DNA of 18,994 nt from Planctomycetales bacterium (GTDB lineage Bacteria; 4484-113). The notes beneath the pieces are model-generated. The model worked only from the letters and a program-made list of their open reading frames with translations. It did not search any database and had not been told where the DNA came from. The stretch lies in assembly GCA_037445915.1 (NCBI GenBank), contig JBBIJQ010000037.1, forward strand, positions 1 through 18,994, read 5' to 3'. Shown here piece by piece: positions 6,762 through 15,870 of this stretch (its first letter is position 1; each line of letters begins with the position of its first letter). The position numbers were made by a program, and so were the translations under genes.

Positions 6762-8336
6762 CTAGCTCTCAAGAAGCGAACGGCCGTCCATTTCAGGAGG
6801 ATGCTCCATAGACCACAAATCAAGGAGTGTCGGGACGATATCCCGCAGCGCTTGGCCGTGTGTGTCAGCAAATACATCCTCAGGCTCCTCTGAGTAGGCG
6901 AAGCGCAGCTTGCGCAAAGTCCCAACGACGGCAAGAGGGACTGGGTTCAGAGAATGGGCAGTGTAAGTATTCCCGGCGGAATCACGCATACGCTCGCAAT
7001 TGCCATGGTCTGCAGTTACGATGAGATATGCCTTCTTGCCGTAATCTACAGCCTCTAGGATTCTTCCTAAGCTCTTATCAACCGCTTCAACTGCTTTTGC
7101 CGCTGCCTCAAGGTTGCCGGTGTGGCCCACCATATCTCCATTAGCAAAGTTGATGACGGTTAAAAAACACCTGCCGGAATTAATCATGTCCACGGCGGCA
7201 TTAGTTACTCCCATTACGCTCATCTCAGGCTTTAGGTCGTATGTGGAGACTTTCGGCGAAGGAATGAGCACGCGGCGTTCGTCCTTGAATGGCTCTTCGC
7301 GCCCGCCATTTAGGAAGTAGGTGACGTGGGCGTACTTTTCGGTTTCCGCGACTTTGCAGACGCAGTGGCCGCGCTCGCTCAGGTATTCAGTAATGGAGTT
7401 TCCAAGCGCATTCTCCTCCAGGACAACGGGGTTGTTAAACTCATCGGAGTAGCGCGAAAAGCTAATGAAACGCTTGATGATAAACGGGCGCTCAAAGGCG
7501 GCGAAGTTGTCCAGGTAAAGGGCGCTAGAAAGCTCCCGCGCGCGGTCTTCGCGGAAGTTGAAGAATATGACAGTGTCGTTAGCCTGTATCTGCAAGGGCA
7601 GCTCGCCCGATTCCTCCACAACGCAGTAAGGCTTAACAAACTCGTCCGTTTCGCCGCGCGCGTGGAGCACGCCAAGAAAATCAATGGGGTCGCTGGTAGT
7701 TGAGCCTTGGCCTTGGACGATTGCCCGGTATGCTGGCTCAACGCGCTCCCACCGCTTGTCGCGGTCCATCGTATAGTAACGGCCTGATACAGTGGCTAGG
7801 CGAGCCTCGTGCGGGTAATCCGCCAGCTTCCGCAACAGCCCATGCAAAAAACCCTTGCCTGCATATGGGCTTGTGTCGCGTCCGTCTAGTATTGCGTGGA
7901 CAGCAAGTTTCCTGATGCCTAACTTCGCTGCTGTATCTATCAACGCGAAAAGGTGGGAGATATGGGAGTGAACGCCGCCATCGGAGAGCAGCCCAATGAG
8001 GTGCAACCGGGTATCCGCTTCTACTACGCCTTGCATCGCCTTCACAAGCACCGGATGGCGCAAGAATTCCCCGCGCGAGACCATCTGATCTAAGTGCGCC
8101 AACGGCTGCACAACGCGCCGCCCTGCGCCTATGTTCAGGTGGCCGACTTCGCTGTTGCCCATCTGGCCGGGCGAAAGGCCGACGGCAACGCCCATGCAGT
8201 CTAGGAGCGTCCATTGGTTTTCCCTGAGCAGCCGGTCGTAATTGGGAGTGTGCGCCAGGCGCGTGGCATTCGCAGTTGGGTCAAAGCGATAACCCCAACC
8301 GTCAAGGATAAGAAGCACACCCGGCTTGCGTTCCAT
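6762..8336 (-). CDS. gpmI: 2,3-bisphosphoglycerate-independent phosphoglycerate mutase
   Basis: Motifs LILDGWG, MGNSEVGH, SDGGVHSH, DGRD, GRYYTMDRD, NFREDRARE, ETEKYAHVT, DMVGHTG and TADHGN. Start taken at MERKP. Confidence 0.96.
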   Translation of the reverse strand: MERKPGVLLILDGWGYRFDPTANATRLAHTPNYDRLLRENQWTLLDCMGVAVGLSPGQMGNSEVGHLNIGAGRRVVQPLAHLDQMVSRGEFLRHPVLVKAMQGVVEADTRLHLIGLLSDGGVHSHISHLFALIDTAAKLGIRKLAVHAILDGRDTSPYAGKGFLHGLLRKLADYPHEARLATVSGRYYTMDRDKRWERVEPAYRAIVQGQGSTTSDPIDFLGVLHARGETDEFVKPYCVVEESGELPLQIQANDTVIFFNFREDRARELSSALYLDNFAAFERPFIIKRFISFSRYSDEFNNPVVLEENALGNSITEYLSERGHCVCKVAETEKYAHVTYFLNGGREEPFKDERRVLIPSPKVSTYDLKPEMSVMGVTNAAVDMINSGRCFLTVINFANGDMVGHTGNLEAAAKAVEAVDKSLGRILEAVDYGKKAYLIVTADHGNCERMRDSAGNTYTAHSLNPVPLAVVGTLRKLRFAYSEEPEDVFADTHGQALRDIVPTLLDLWSMEHPPEMDGRSLLES

Positions 8337-8380
8337 CTCAGTTATTCTACAACAGATACAGCTCAATGAAACGCGGCAGG

Positions 8381-9280
8381 TTAGCGCGCCTTAGGTTTGA
8401 CGAGTTTTAGCAAATGAGCGAGGTTGGCGTCTTTACGTATTACAGGCTTGATAAGCCCTTTGGCGCTAGTCATTAAGCTGGTAGCGCCTGGGCCGTGCCC
8501 TGCAGTATGGCAAACGCCATGCACAACGACAGCAATAGTTACAGCGCCGGTTAGGTAGGTGCGGCCAAATGTAGTGTCAGCGTTAATTATCGCCACTATA
8601 TCGCCGAAGCGAAGAGTATCCAGGCCATACTTTTTTACGATAACTGGGTCAAAAAGCTGAATGTCGTAATCGCCGGTATGGGCGCTGTCTTTGCCAATGC
8701 CGCTAGCCATCACGGCGGCAGGGACAATATGGGTAACACCAACCTCAATGCTCTTGCCCGTTACTTGAGGAGACATTGCTTTGAGCAGGCGCGGGCTTAA
8801 GTTCATAAGCTTCACGCCCTCAAAGCTGGTAAAAGCCAAGCCAGCACCAATGGCGCGAATCTGCACCTTGTCGCCAACAACTAGCTTGTCGCGGACTTCG
8901 GGCTGAAAGTCCAGGATAACGTGTTCAATCCCTCCGTGCTTGCCTGTGACAACTCCTTTCTTGCCCTTCGCCTCGCCAGTGGCGACTGTTGCTTCATTGC
9001 CAATGCAAGAAAACACCGTCAGGCCAAACTTGCCCGCGTCGCGGCCGATGCTATCGTTGAAGTTGCTGACTGAAACGCCTGGTTCAACATGGTCGCCGAC
9101 GATGTCAATGCAGTTATCGCCGACGCGGTGCGTATAGTTAATTCCGCCCATGCCGGGGAGAATTAAGGGCTCGCCGGTAATCGCGGAGACTATGTAGTGC
9201 TTTTGGCCTGATGGCGGGTTTGTAATTTCAGCGAGAAGCGCTTTCTCAACGAGCTTTTTCTCATTAGTGGCAAGTTTCAT
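8381..9280 (-). CDS. DUF4438-like protein of unknown function
   Basis: Motifs LPGMGGINY, GDHVEPGVS, SCIGNEA, TGKHGGIEH, DYDIQ, LRFGDIVA and GHGPG. SD GGAG upstream. Family recognised from memory. Confidence 0.8.
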   Translation of the reverse strand: MKLATNEKKLVEKALLAEITNPPSGQKHYIVSAITGEPLILPGMGGINYTHRVGDNCIDIVGDHVEPGVSVSNFNDSIGRDAGKFGLTVFSCIGNEATVATGEAKGKKGVVTGKHGGIEHVILDFQPEVRDKLVVGDKVQIRAIGAGLAFTSFEGVKLMNLSPRLLKAMSPQVTGKSIEVGVTHIVPAAVMASGIGKDSAHTGDYDIQLFDPVIVKKYGLDTLRFGDIVAIINADTTFGRTYLTGAVTIAVVVHGVCHTAGHGPGATSLMTSAKGLIKPVIRKDANLAHLLKLVKPKAR

Positions 9281-9322
9281 CGGGAGACTCCAAGTTTAAG
9301 TTTAACGAAGAATGACTTCAGG

Positions 9323-9664
9323 TTATTCTTCGTCGTAGAAAATCGAACTGCCGCCAGTATCGCCGTGATGCCCGGCGCCGCGCTCTCGGAACATCCGCCT
9401 TTCGTGGACGCCCTCGCACTCAACATGGGCGCGCGCAATCATCTGGTCAAGCATTGCAGTTCTACCAACTTCCAGTATGTCGCCGCCATAAGCGCCGCCA
9501 TATGCGTCGTCAAACGACGGGAATAAGCCAAGCAGACGGCTCGTATGCCCCTGCTCAAAGTAGTATTTTAGTTCAGCCAAAAGTAAAGCAGTCGCAGTGC
9601 TAACGAGCAGGCCCACGCCCAGGCCGGTTAAGAAGTCCAGTGTATTTGCACAACGTCTTGTCAT
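9323..9664 (-). CDS. Small membrane-anchored hypothetical protein (YtxH-like N-terminal helix)
   Basis: Single TM segment DFLTGLGVGLLVSTATALLLA. The ORF fills the gap between genes and has a near-consensus promoter upstream. Confidence 0.6.
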   Translation of the reverse strand: MTRRCANTLDFLTGLGVGLLVSTATALLLAELKYYFEQGHTSRLLGLFPSFDDAYGGAYGGDILEVGRTAMLDQMIARAHVECEGVHERRMFRERGAGHHGDTGGSSIFYDEE

Positions 9665-9698
9665 AATTGAATACTATACGCCCGTGACGGGCGGCATG

Positions 9699-9727
9699 AT
9701 TATAAGCATGGCGCTCTAGAGCGTCAA
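9699..9727 (-). promoter_or_regulatory. Near-consensus sigma70 promoter for the 9664 ORF / DUF4438 / gpmI unit
   Basis: The minus strand reads TTGACG-17 bp-TATAAT. Confidence 0.75.
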
Positions 9728-9739
9728 GAAAGCTTAATC

Positions 9740-9768
9740 TTGCATTCCGCAATAATTCAGCTTAGAGT
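9740..9768 (+). promoter_or_regulatory. Sigma70-like promoter for the dehydrogenase-dxr-tldD unit
   Basis: TTGCAT-17 bp-TAGAGT upstream of SD AGGAGG. Confidence 0.5.
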
Positions 9769-9791
9769 CTGAAGACTTGAAGGAGGGAGCG

Positions 9792-10634
9792 ATGGAACTA
9801 CGAACAATCGGTATTGCAGGCTTCGGAACAATGGGCAGTGAAATAGGATTGCTCGCCGCCGCCGCAGGCTACGACGTGCTGGTGTATGAACCGGCGCAGA
9901 ACGTGTTTGGAGAGAAGATGCAGCGGCTTCCCAAGCTTTTGCGCATGCTCCAAAAAGAAGCGACCGACGAGCAGCGTGCGGCTATCATCGCGCGCATAAA
10001 GCAGGTTGAAAGCCCAGGCGGGTTTGCGGAGTGTGACCTTGTCCTTGAAGCCGCATTGGAGAATCTTGAGGTCAAAACCAACCTATTGACGGAACTCAAC
10101 GAGAAGTGTAAACCTGATGCTATCCTGGCTTCAAACACTTCAAGCATAGGGATTACCGAGCTGGCCAGGATTAGCGGACGTCCTGAGCGCTTTATCGGCC
10201 TACATTTCTTCAACCCCCCGAGTCAGATGAACCTGGTAGAAGTAGTGCCAGGCCTGTTGACCGCCACAGAAGTCTGCGATGCAGGCGTGGAGTTCATCAC
10301 TAAGCTTGGAAAGAAGCCGTACGTGTTCAAGGAGACACCTGGCTTCGTCGTTAACCGCGTATTGATGGCGATGGCGGTTGAAGCAATGGCGCTTGTGGAA
10401 GAAGGCATTGGCGACCCGAAATCAGTTGACGAGGCCCTAAGGCTTGGGGCAGGCTGGCCGCTTGGCCCGTTCAAGTTGATGGATCTTGTAGGGCTGGATG
10501 TGTTTCTTCACGCGTGCGAAGGGCTTTATGCTGCGCATGGGCATGATAAGTTTCGCCCGCCTTTTATCCTCAGGCAAATGGTACAGGCTGGCAGGCTCGG
10601 TCGGAAGTCCGGCGGCGGCTTTTACGATTACTAA
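9792..10634 (+). CDS. 3-hydroxyacyl-CoA (3-hydroxybutyryl-CoA) dehydrogenase
   Basis: Rossmann motif GFGTMG plus EAALENLEVK, ASNTSS, GLHFFNP, PGFVVNR, GPFKLMDLVGLD and GRKSGGGFYDY. SD AGGAGG precedes ATG 9792. Confidence 0.93.
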   Translation: MELRTIGIAGFGTMGSEIGLLAAAAGYDVLVYEPAQNVFGEKMQRLPKLLRMLQKEATDEQRAAIIARIKQVESPGGFAECDLVLEAALENLEVKTNLLTELNEKCKPDAILASNTSSIGITELARISGRPERFIGLHFFNPPSQMNLVEVVPGLLTATEVCDAGVEFITKLGKKPYVFKETPGFVVNRVLMAMAVEAMALVEEGIGDPKSVDEALRLGAGWPLGPFKLMDLVGLDVFLHACEGLYAAHGHDKFRPPFILRQMVQAGRLGRKSGGGFYDY

Positions 10635-10649
10635 GCCTGCGGAGGCAGC

Positions 10650-11816
10650 GTGCAAAAGAATCTTTGCATTTTAGGTTCCACTGGCAGCATTGGCCAAACT
10701 ACACTGCGCGTCGTCCGCGCACACTCCAAGCGCTTTGGCGTTTCAGTCTTAGTTGCGAAATCGCGCGGCGATTTGCTGCTTGAGCAGGCGCGAGAGTTCT
10801 CTCCGAAAGTCTGCGTGCTAACCGACCAGCAGGCGGCAGTAAAGTATTGCAGTAAGTTTAACGAGCTCGGCGTTGAGCTGCTTGCAGAAGAAGAAGCCAT
10901 CCCACTCATTGTCTCGCTGAAAGAAGTAGATACTGTCGTTTGCGCGATGAGCGGCGCCGCAGGATTGCGGCCGTTAGAGGCAGCGCTAGCCTCACGCAAA
11001 GAAGTCCTATTTGCAAATAAAGAAGCGCTAGTGGTCGGCGGCGATTTTATAATGAGCCTGGCAAAGGGAACTGGTTCGCGGTTTATCCCGATAGATAGCG
11101 AGCATTCTGCGCTTTACCAATGCCTGCTAGCCGGAGAGAGAAATGATCTGCAAAGCGTTACAATCACCGCCTCCGGCGGGCCATTCCTGCGCGTGCCGCC
11201 TGATGAAGCTGCGAATGCCGGGTTAGAGCACGTGCTGGCGCATCCCGTTTGGAGCATGGGGCCGGAAGTAACCGTAAATTCCGCGACAATGATGAATAAG
11301 GCGCTGGAGGTCATTGAGGCGCACTTTTTATTCGGATTGTCTCCTGCAAATATACGAGTGCTCGTCCACCCTCAAAGCATTATCCATGGCATGGCGCACT
11401 TTGCTGATGGTTCCACAATCGCGCAGATGGCCCTGCCTAACATGGCGGTGCCCGTGCAGTACGCACTGTGCGCGCCCGAACGCCCGCAAGGGCTTGTAGC
11501 GACGCCTGATTTGGCTTCCATTGGAAAACTGGAATTCCTTACGCTGGATGAAACAGCTTTTCCGCTGCTGAGGATGGGATACGAAGCGCTTCAAGGAGAG
11601 TGGTGGGAGACTGTGGCGCTGAACGCCGTGAATGAGATGGCCGTTCGCCGCTTCTTGAAAGGCGAAATGAAATACGGCGCGCTTGTTGAGCTAGTTCAGA
11701 AAGCATACTCCACGCGGGGTGCTGCGGCAAAAGCTGGCAGCCTGCCAGACAAGCCGCGCGCTTTGGCGGACATTCTTGAAGCTGATACAATCTTTCGGCG
11801 TTTGGCTGCGACTTAA
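10650..11816 (+). CDS. dxr: 1-deoxy-D-xylulose-5-phosphate reductoisomerase (MEP pathway)
   Basis: Motifs GSTGSIG, ANKE, PIDSEH, TASGGPF, HPVWSMG, SATMMNKALEVIEA and HPQSIIH. SD GGAGG precedes the GTG. Confidence 0.95.
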   Translation: MQKNLCILGSTGSIGQTTLRVVRAHSKRFGVSVLVAKSRGDLLLEQAREFSPKVCVLTDQQAAVKYCSKFNELGVELLAEEEAIPLIVSLKEVDTVVCAMSGAAGLRPLEAALASRKEVLFANKEALVVGGDFIMSLAKGTGSRFIPIDSEHSALYQCLLAGERNDLQSVTITASGGPFLRVPPDEAANAGLEHVLAHPVWSMGPEVTVNSATMMNKALEVIEAHFLFGLSPANIRVLVHPQSIIHGMAHFADGSTIAQMALPNMAVPVQYALCAPERPQGLVATPDLASIGKLEFLTLDETAFPLLRMGYEALQGEWWETVALNAVNEMAVRRFLKGEMKYGALVELVQKAYSTRGAAAKAGSLPDKPRALADILEADTIFRRLAAT

Positions 11817-11849
11817 CATGCAAGCGCGAATTTTCATTTGAGGTGCACT

Positions 11850-13253
11850 GTGAGCGATTTCATCAACCGCTTGGACGATAACCTAAAACTGCGAGTTTGG
11901 GAGAAAGCGCTGTCGCGCGGGGGCGACTTCGCAGAGATATTCATTGAAGACACAGACACGCTGGGCTTCCAGCTAAAAGACGGCAAAGTGGCAGACTTGT
12001 CACAGGGACGCAGGCAGGGAATAGGCGTACGGGTCGTAGCCAACGACGTGTTCGGCTATGCGTGGATGGATGGTTTTGACGAAAAGAACCTGCTTGAAGC
12101 TGCCACGACAGCGGCGCAAATCGCAGAAAGCGGCACTCCCGCCGTCGCGCAAGTGCGCAAACTTGAGATTGGCAGCTATTATCAGGTTGACCATCCTGCT
12201 TCGGAATTAGACTTCGGGCGAAAGATGGCGCTGTTGCATGATTCAGACGACGCATTGCGCGCGCATGACTCACGCATTGCCCAAGTGGGAATTGGTTATG
12301 CCGAGAGCATGCGATCTATCCGTGTTGCGACGACAGACGGCGTTGATGTGTTTGATATCCAGCCGCTTATTCGTATCGGAGGATTTGCCATCGCCACTGA
12401 AGGCGACAAGCGTGTAATGGGCATTTACGCCTACGGCGGAAGGGTAGGGCGCGAGCTGCTAGACAAGCACCCGCCTTCCGTGGAAATGGTGCGCGCAGCA
12501 AAGATGGCGATTGTGAACCTTAGCGCCAAGCCCATCAAAGGCGGCCCTATGCCGGTCATACTTGGACCTGGATGGGGCGGCGTGCTGCTGCATGAGGCTG
12601 TTGGACACGGGCTGGAGGGCGATTTTAACTATAAGGGCGCAAGCATATTTTCCAATCGCATTGGCCAGAAAGTAGCCAGCGACTTGGTGACGGTAATTGA
12701 CGATGCGACGATACCCAACCACCGTGGCAGCATCAATGTGGACGATGAAGGCACGCCGGGAATGCGCAATGTGCTTATTGAGAATGGCATCCTTCGCGGC
12801 TACATGCACGACCGCATCAGCGCGAAGCAGCTTGGGCTTCCACTGACTGGCAATGGCCGCCGCGAGACTTATATGAAACCGCCAATCCCCCGCATGACTA
12901 ACACGTTTATGCTCGGCGGGGCAACACCGCTTGAGGAAATAATCGCGGCGACGAAGGATGGCTTTTACGCGAAGCAGCTTGGCGGCGGGCAAGTGGACAT
13001 AGCCAGCGGCGACTTCGTCTTTGAAGTTTCCGAAGGCTACCGCATTGAAGACGGGAAGGTCACGACGCCGGTGGAAAAGGCCACGCTGATTGGCAACGGG
13101 CCGCAGACGCTCAACAAAGTGGATATGGTCGCTAACGACTTTAGCCTGTGCCCAGGAGTGGGAAGCTGCGGCAAGGACGGCCAGGCTGCGCCGGTCGGCA
13201 TCGGCCAGCCATCGCTGCGCATCAGCGAAGTCACGGTCGGCGGAAGGGGATAG
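11850..13253 (+). CDS. tldD: TldD metalloprotease subunit
   Basis: Motifs LLHEAVGHGLEGD, DDEG, TGNGRR, PRMTNT and CGKDGQ..PVGIGQP. SD GAGGTG precedes GTG 11850. Confidence 0.93.
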   Translation: MSDFINRLDDNLKLRVWEKALSRGGDFAEIFIEDTDTLGFQLKDGKVADLSQGRRQGIGVRVVANDVFGYAWMDGFDEKNLLEAATTAAQIAESGTPAVAQVRKLEIGSYYQVDHPASELDFGRKMALLHDSDDALRAHDSRIAQVGIGYAESMRSIRVATTDGVDVFDIQPLIRIGGFAIATEGDKRVMGIYAYGGRVGRELLDKHPPSVEMVRAAKMAIVNLSAKPIKGGPMPVILGPGWGGVLLHEAVGHGLEGDFNYKGASIFSNRIGQKVASDLVTVIDDATIPNHRGSINVDDEGTPGMRNVLIENGILRGYMHDRISAKQLGLPLTGNGRRETYMKPPIPRMTNTFMLGGATPLEEIIAATKDGFYAKQLGGGQVDIASGDFVFEVSEGYRIEDGKVTTPVEKATLIGNGPQTLNKVDMVANDFSLCPGVGSCGKDGQAAPVGIGQPSLRISEVTVGGRG

Positions 13254-13261
13254 TGAAACTA

Positions 13262-13289
13262 TTCACAATCATCTTTTTGCCAGTATAAT
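13262..13289 (+). promoter_or_regulatory. Putative sigma70 promoter for pruA
   Basis: TTCACA-16 bp-TATAAT in an AT-rich intergenic stretch. Confidence 0.5.
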
Positions 13290-13378
13290 AAGAGCTTTGT
13301 GTAGCCGCGTCGGCGGCATCTCTTGGCTTATCAAAGCCATAGGCTTTAATCATCGCTAATCTGGAGGAACGATTACTA

Positions 13379-15013
13379 ATGCTAAACGGACGTCCGAACA
13401 TTCCGGTTCCGGTGAACGAGCCCGTCAAGCCGTATTCGCCGGGAAGTCCCGAGCGCAAGTCGCTGCAAGAAGAGTTGAAACGGCAACTGCGCAGGGAAGT
13501 GGAGATACCGGTCATCATCGGCGGGAAGCGCATCCGCACTGGCAACCTCTGTGATTGCCGCTGCCCGCACGACCACAAGCACATTCTTGGGCGTTACCAC
13601 AATGCCGGCCAAAAGGAAGTTGAACTTGCCGTGAAGTCGGCTTCGGACGCATGGCACGACTGGTCTAGGATGCCCTGGGAGCAGCGCGCGTCCATTTTCC
13701 TTCGCGCGGCCGAAATGCTTGCAGGCCCTTGGCGCGACAGGGTGAACGCCGCGACTATGCTCGGGCAAAGCAAGAATGTATTCCAGGCTGAAATAGACTC
13801 CGCATGCGAGCTGGTAGATTTCTGGCGCTTCAACCCCTGGTATGCGCAGAGGATTTACGAAGAGCAGCCGCCCGTGTCACCGCGCGGGATGTGGAACTAC
13901 ACCGAACAGCGAGCGTTGGAAGGCTTCGTTTTTGCAGTAACGCCGTTCAACTTTACCAGCATCGCCGGCAACCTACCAACTGCGCCTGCGCTAATGGGCA
14001 ACACAGTGATTTGGAAGCCCGCGAGCAGCGCCGTTTACAGCGCCTACCAGCTTATGCTCCTGCTTGAGGAAGCCGGCCTGCCGCCGGGCGTCATCAACAT
14101 GGTCATTGGCTCAGGCTCAACTATTGGCGAGCCTGTAATGAAGAACCCAGCGCTCGCAGGCATTCACTTTACCGGCTCAACGGCGGTCTTCCAACGCATG
14201 TGGCGGACTGTGGGTGAAAACATCGCAGGCTACAGAACCTACCCGCGCATAGTAGGCGAAACCGGCGGTAAGGACTTTATCATGATCCACAATTCTGCCG
14301 AGGTAGATTACGCCGCGGTGGCGATGCTGCGCGGCGCGTTTGAGTACCAAGGGCAGAAATGCTCGGCCGCTTCACGCGCGTATGTTCCTGCCAGCATGTG
14401 GGAAAAGCTGCGCAAGAAGTTCCTTAGTATGCTGGATACGGTGAAGATGGGAGACGTTACAGACTTCACCAACTTCATGAACGCAGTCATTGATAAAGGC
14501 GCGTTTAAGGAGATATCAGGCTTTGTTGATCACGCTAAGAAGTCCAAAGACGCGAACATTATCTACGGCGGCAAATGTGACGACAGTAAGGGCTACTTTA
14601 TTGAGCCGACCGTGATTGAGGCGAAAAAACCTGATTACCTCACGATGTGCGAGGAAATATTCGGCCCGGTGCTCACGGTATTTATTTACGAGGACCGCGA
14701 CTTTGAGAAGATTCTCCGCATATGCAACGAGACATCAACGTATGCCTTGACTGGAGCGGTGCTGGCGAAGGACCGCAAAATAATCAACCAAGCATACGAT
14801 AGGCTCTGGCAGTCGGCCGGCAATTTCTACATCAACGACAAGCCGACGGGTGCGGTCGTAGGCCAACAGCCGTTTGGCGGCAGCCGCGCAAGCGGAACCA
14901 ACGACAAGGCGGGCAGCATGTTGAACTTGCTTCGCTGGGTGAGCCAGCGCGCGGTTAAGGAAACTTTCGTTCCGCCCACCGACTACCGCTACCCATTCCT
15001 GGCCGAGGACTAA
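13379..15013 (+). CDS. pruA: L-glutamate gamma-semialdehyde (P5C) dehydrogenase
   Basis: Motifs NEPVKPY, QAEIDSACELVDFWRFN, PFNFTSI, FTGST, GETGGK, EYQGQKCSA, EEIFGP and NDKPTGAVVGQQPFGG. SD GGAGGA. Confidence 0.95.
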   Translation: MLNGRPNIPVPVNEPVKPYSPGSPERKSLQEELKRQLRREVEIPVIIGGKRIRTGNLCDCRCPHDHKHILGRYHNAGQKEVELAVKSASDAWHDWSRMPWEQRASIFLRAAEMLAGPWRDRVNAATMLGQSKNVFQAEIDSACELVDFWRFNPWYAQRIYEEQPPVSPRGMWNYTEQRALEGFVFAVTPFNFTSIAGNLPTAPALMGNTVIWKPASSAVYSAYQLMLLLEEAGLPPGVINMVIGSGSTIGEPVMKNPALAGIHFTGSTAVFQRMWRTVGENIAGYRTYPRIVGETGGKDFIMIHNSAEVDYAAVAMLRGAFEYQGQKCSAASRAYVPASMWEKLRKKFLSMLDTVKMGDVTDFTNFMNAVIDKGAFKEISGFVDHAKKSKDANIIYGGKCDDSKGYFIEPTVIEAKKPDYLTMCEEIFGPVLTVFIYEDRDFEKILRICNETSTYALTGAVLAKDRKIINQAYDRLWQSAGNFYINDKPTGAVVGQQPFGGSRASGTNDKAGSMLNLLRWVSQRAVKETFVPPTDYRYPFLAED

Positions 15014-15071
15014 GGCCGAAATCAGGCGTGTCCTGCGCATGGAGGCGCAGGGCGCGCAGATGGAGGAGAAT

Positions 15072-15851
15072 ATGCACGAGAGGCTGAAGGGGAAAACAGC
15101 CGTGATAACGGGCGCGTCTGCAGGCATCGGCGAAGCGACGGCGCGGCTGTTAGCGGAATGCGGATGCAACATTGCTTTAGGCGCCCGCCGCGCTAACAAG
15201 CTTGCTGAGATACATGCTGATATCAAGCGACAGCACCCCCACATAGACATCGCGGCGGCGGCGCTTGACGTGCAGGACTCGCAGATGGTTGACAGCTTTG
15301 TAAACATGGTGCGCGACAAGTTCTGCACAGTCAATATCCTTGTGAATAACGCCGGGCTTGTGCGCGGGCTTACGCCGCTCGCAGAAGCTGCTGAAGCAGA
15401 CTGGCGAGTCATGATTGAGACCAATATAGTCGGCGTGATAAGGATGACGCAAGCGATGATGTCTATGCTGATGGCTTCGGGCGACGGGCACATCGTAAAT
15501 GTCGCGAGCCTCGCGGGGTGGTATGCGTATCCCGGCGGGAGCGTGTATTGCGCGACAAAGGCCGCAGTGCGCTTCCTTTCGCAGGCAATGCGCGTGGAAA
15601 TCGTTGATAAGCCGGTTCGCTTGACAGTGATTTCGCCGGGGATGGCGGAGACTGAGTTCTCGGAAGTGCGCTTCCACGGCGATAAGGAGAAAGCGAAAGC
15701 CGTGTATAAAGGCGTTGATCCGCTGATTGGAGCTGACATCGCCGACTGCATAGCGTGGGCTGTGTCGCGCCCGAAGCACGTGAACGTTGACGAGATACTC
15801 GTAACGCCGCAGCAGCAGGGCGGAATTATCAGAACTTACAGGCGGGAGTAA
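15072..15851 (+). CDS. NADP-dependent short-chain dehydrogenase (YdfG / serine 3-dehydrogenase-like)
   Basis: Motifs TGASAGIG, ARR, NNAG, YCATK, PGMAETEFSEVRFHGD and P.HVNVDE. SD GGAGGA precedes ATG 15072. Confidence 0.88.
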   Translation: MHERLKGKTAVITGASAGIGEATARLLAECGCNIALGARRANKLAEIHADIKRQHPHIDIAAAALDVQDSQMVDSFVNMVRDKFCTVNILVNNAGLVRGLTPLAEAAEADWRVMIETNIVGVIRMTQAMMSMLMASGDGHIVNVASLAGWYAYPGGSVYCATKAAVRFLSQAMRVEIVDKPVRLTVISPGMAETEFSEVRFHGDKEKAKAVYKGVDPLIGADIADCIAWAVSRPKHVNVDEILVTPQQQGGIIRTYRRE

Positions 15852-15870
15852 GCCGCCGAAGGGACGGGCA

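Noticed and set aside
13327-13345. CTTATCAA resembling the start of a SAM-I riboswitch
   Set aside because: The rest of the SAM-I consensus (GAG, GACTGGC, GCAACC, GGTGC, AGATGA/AG) is missing.
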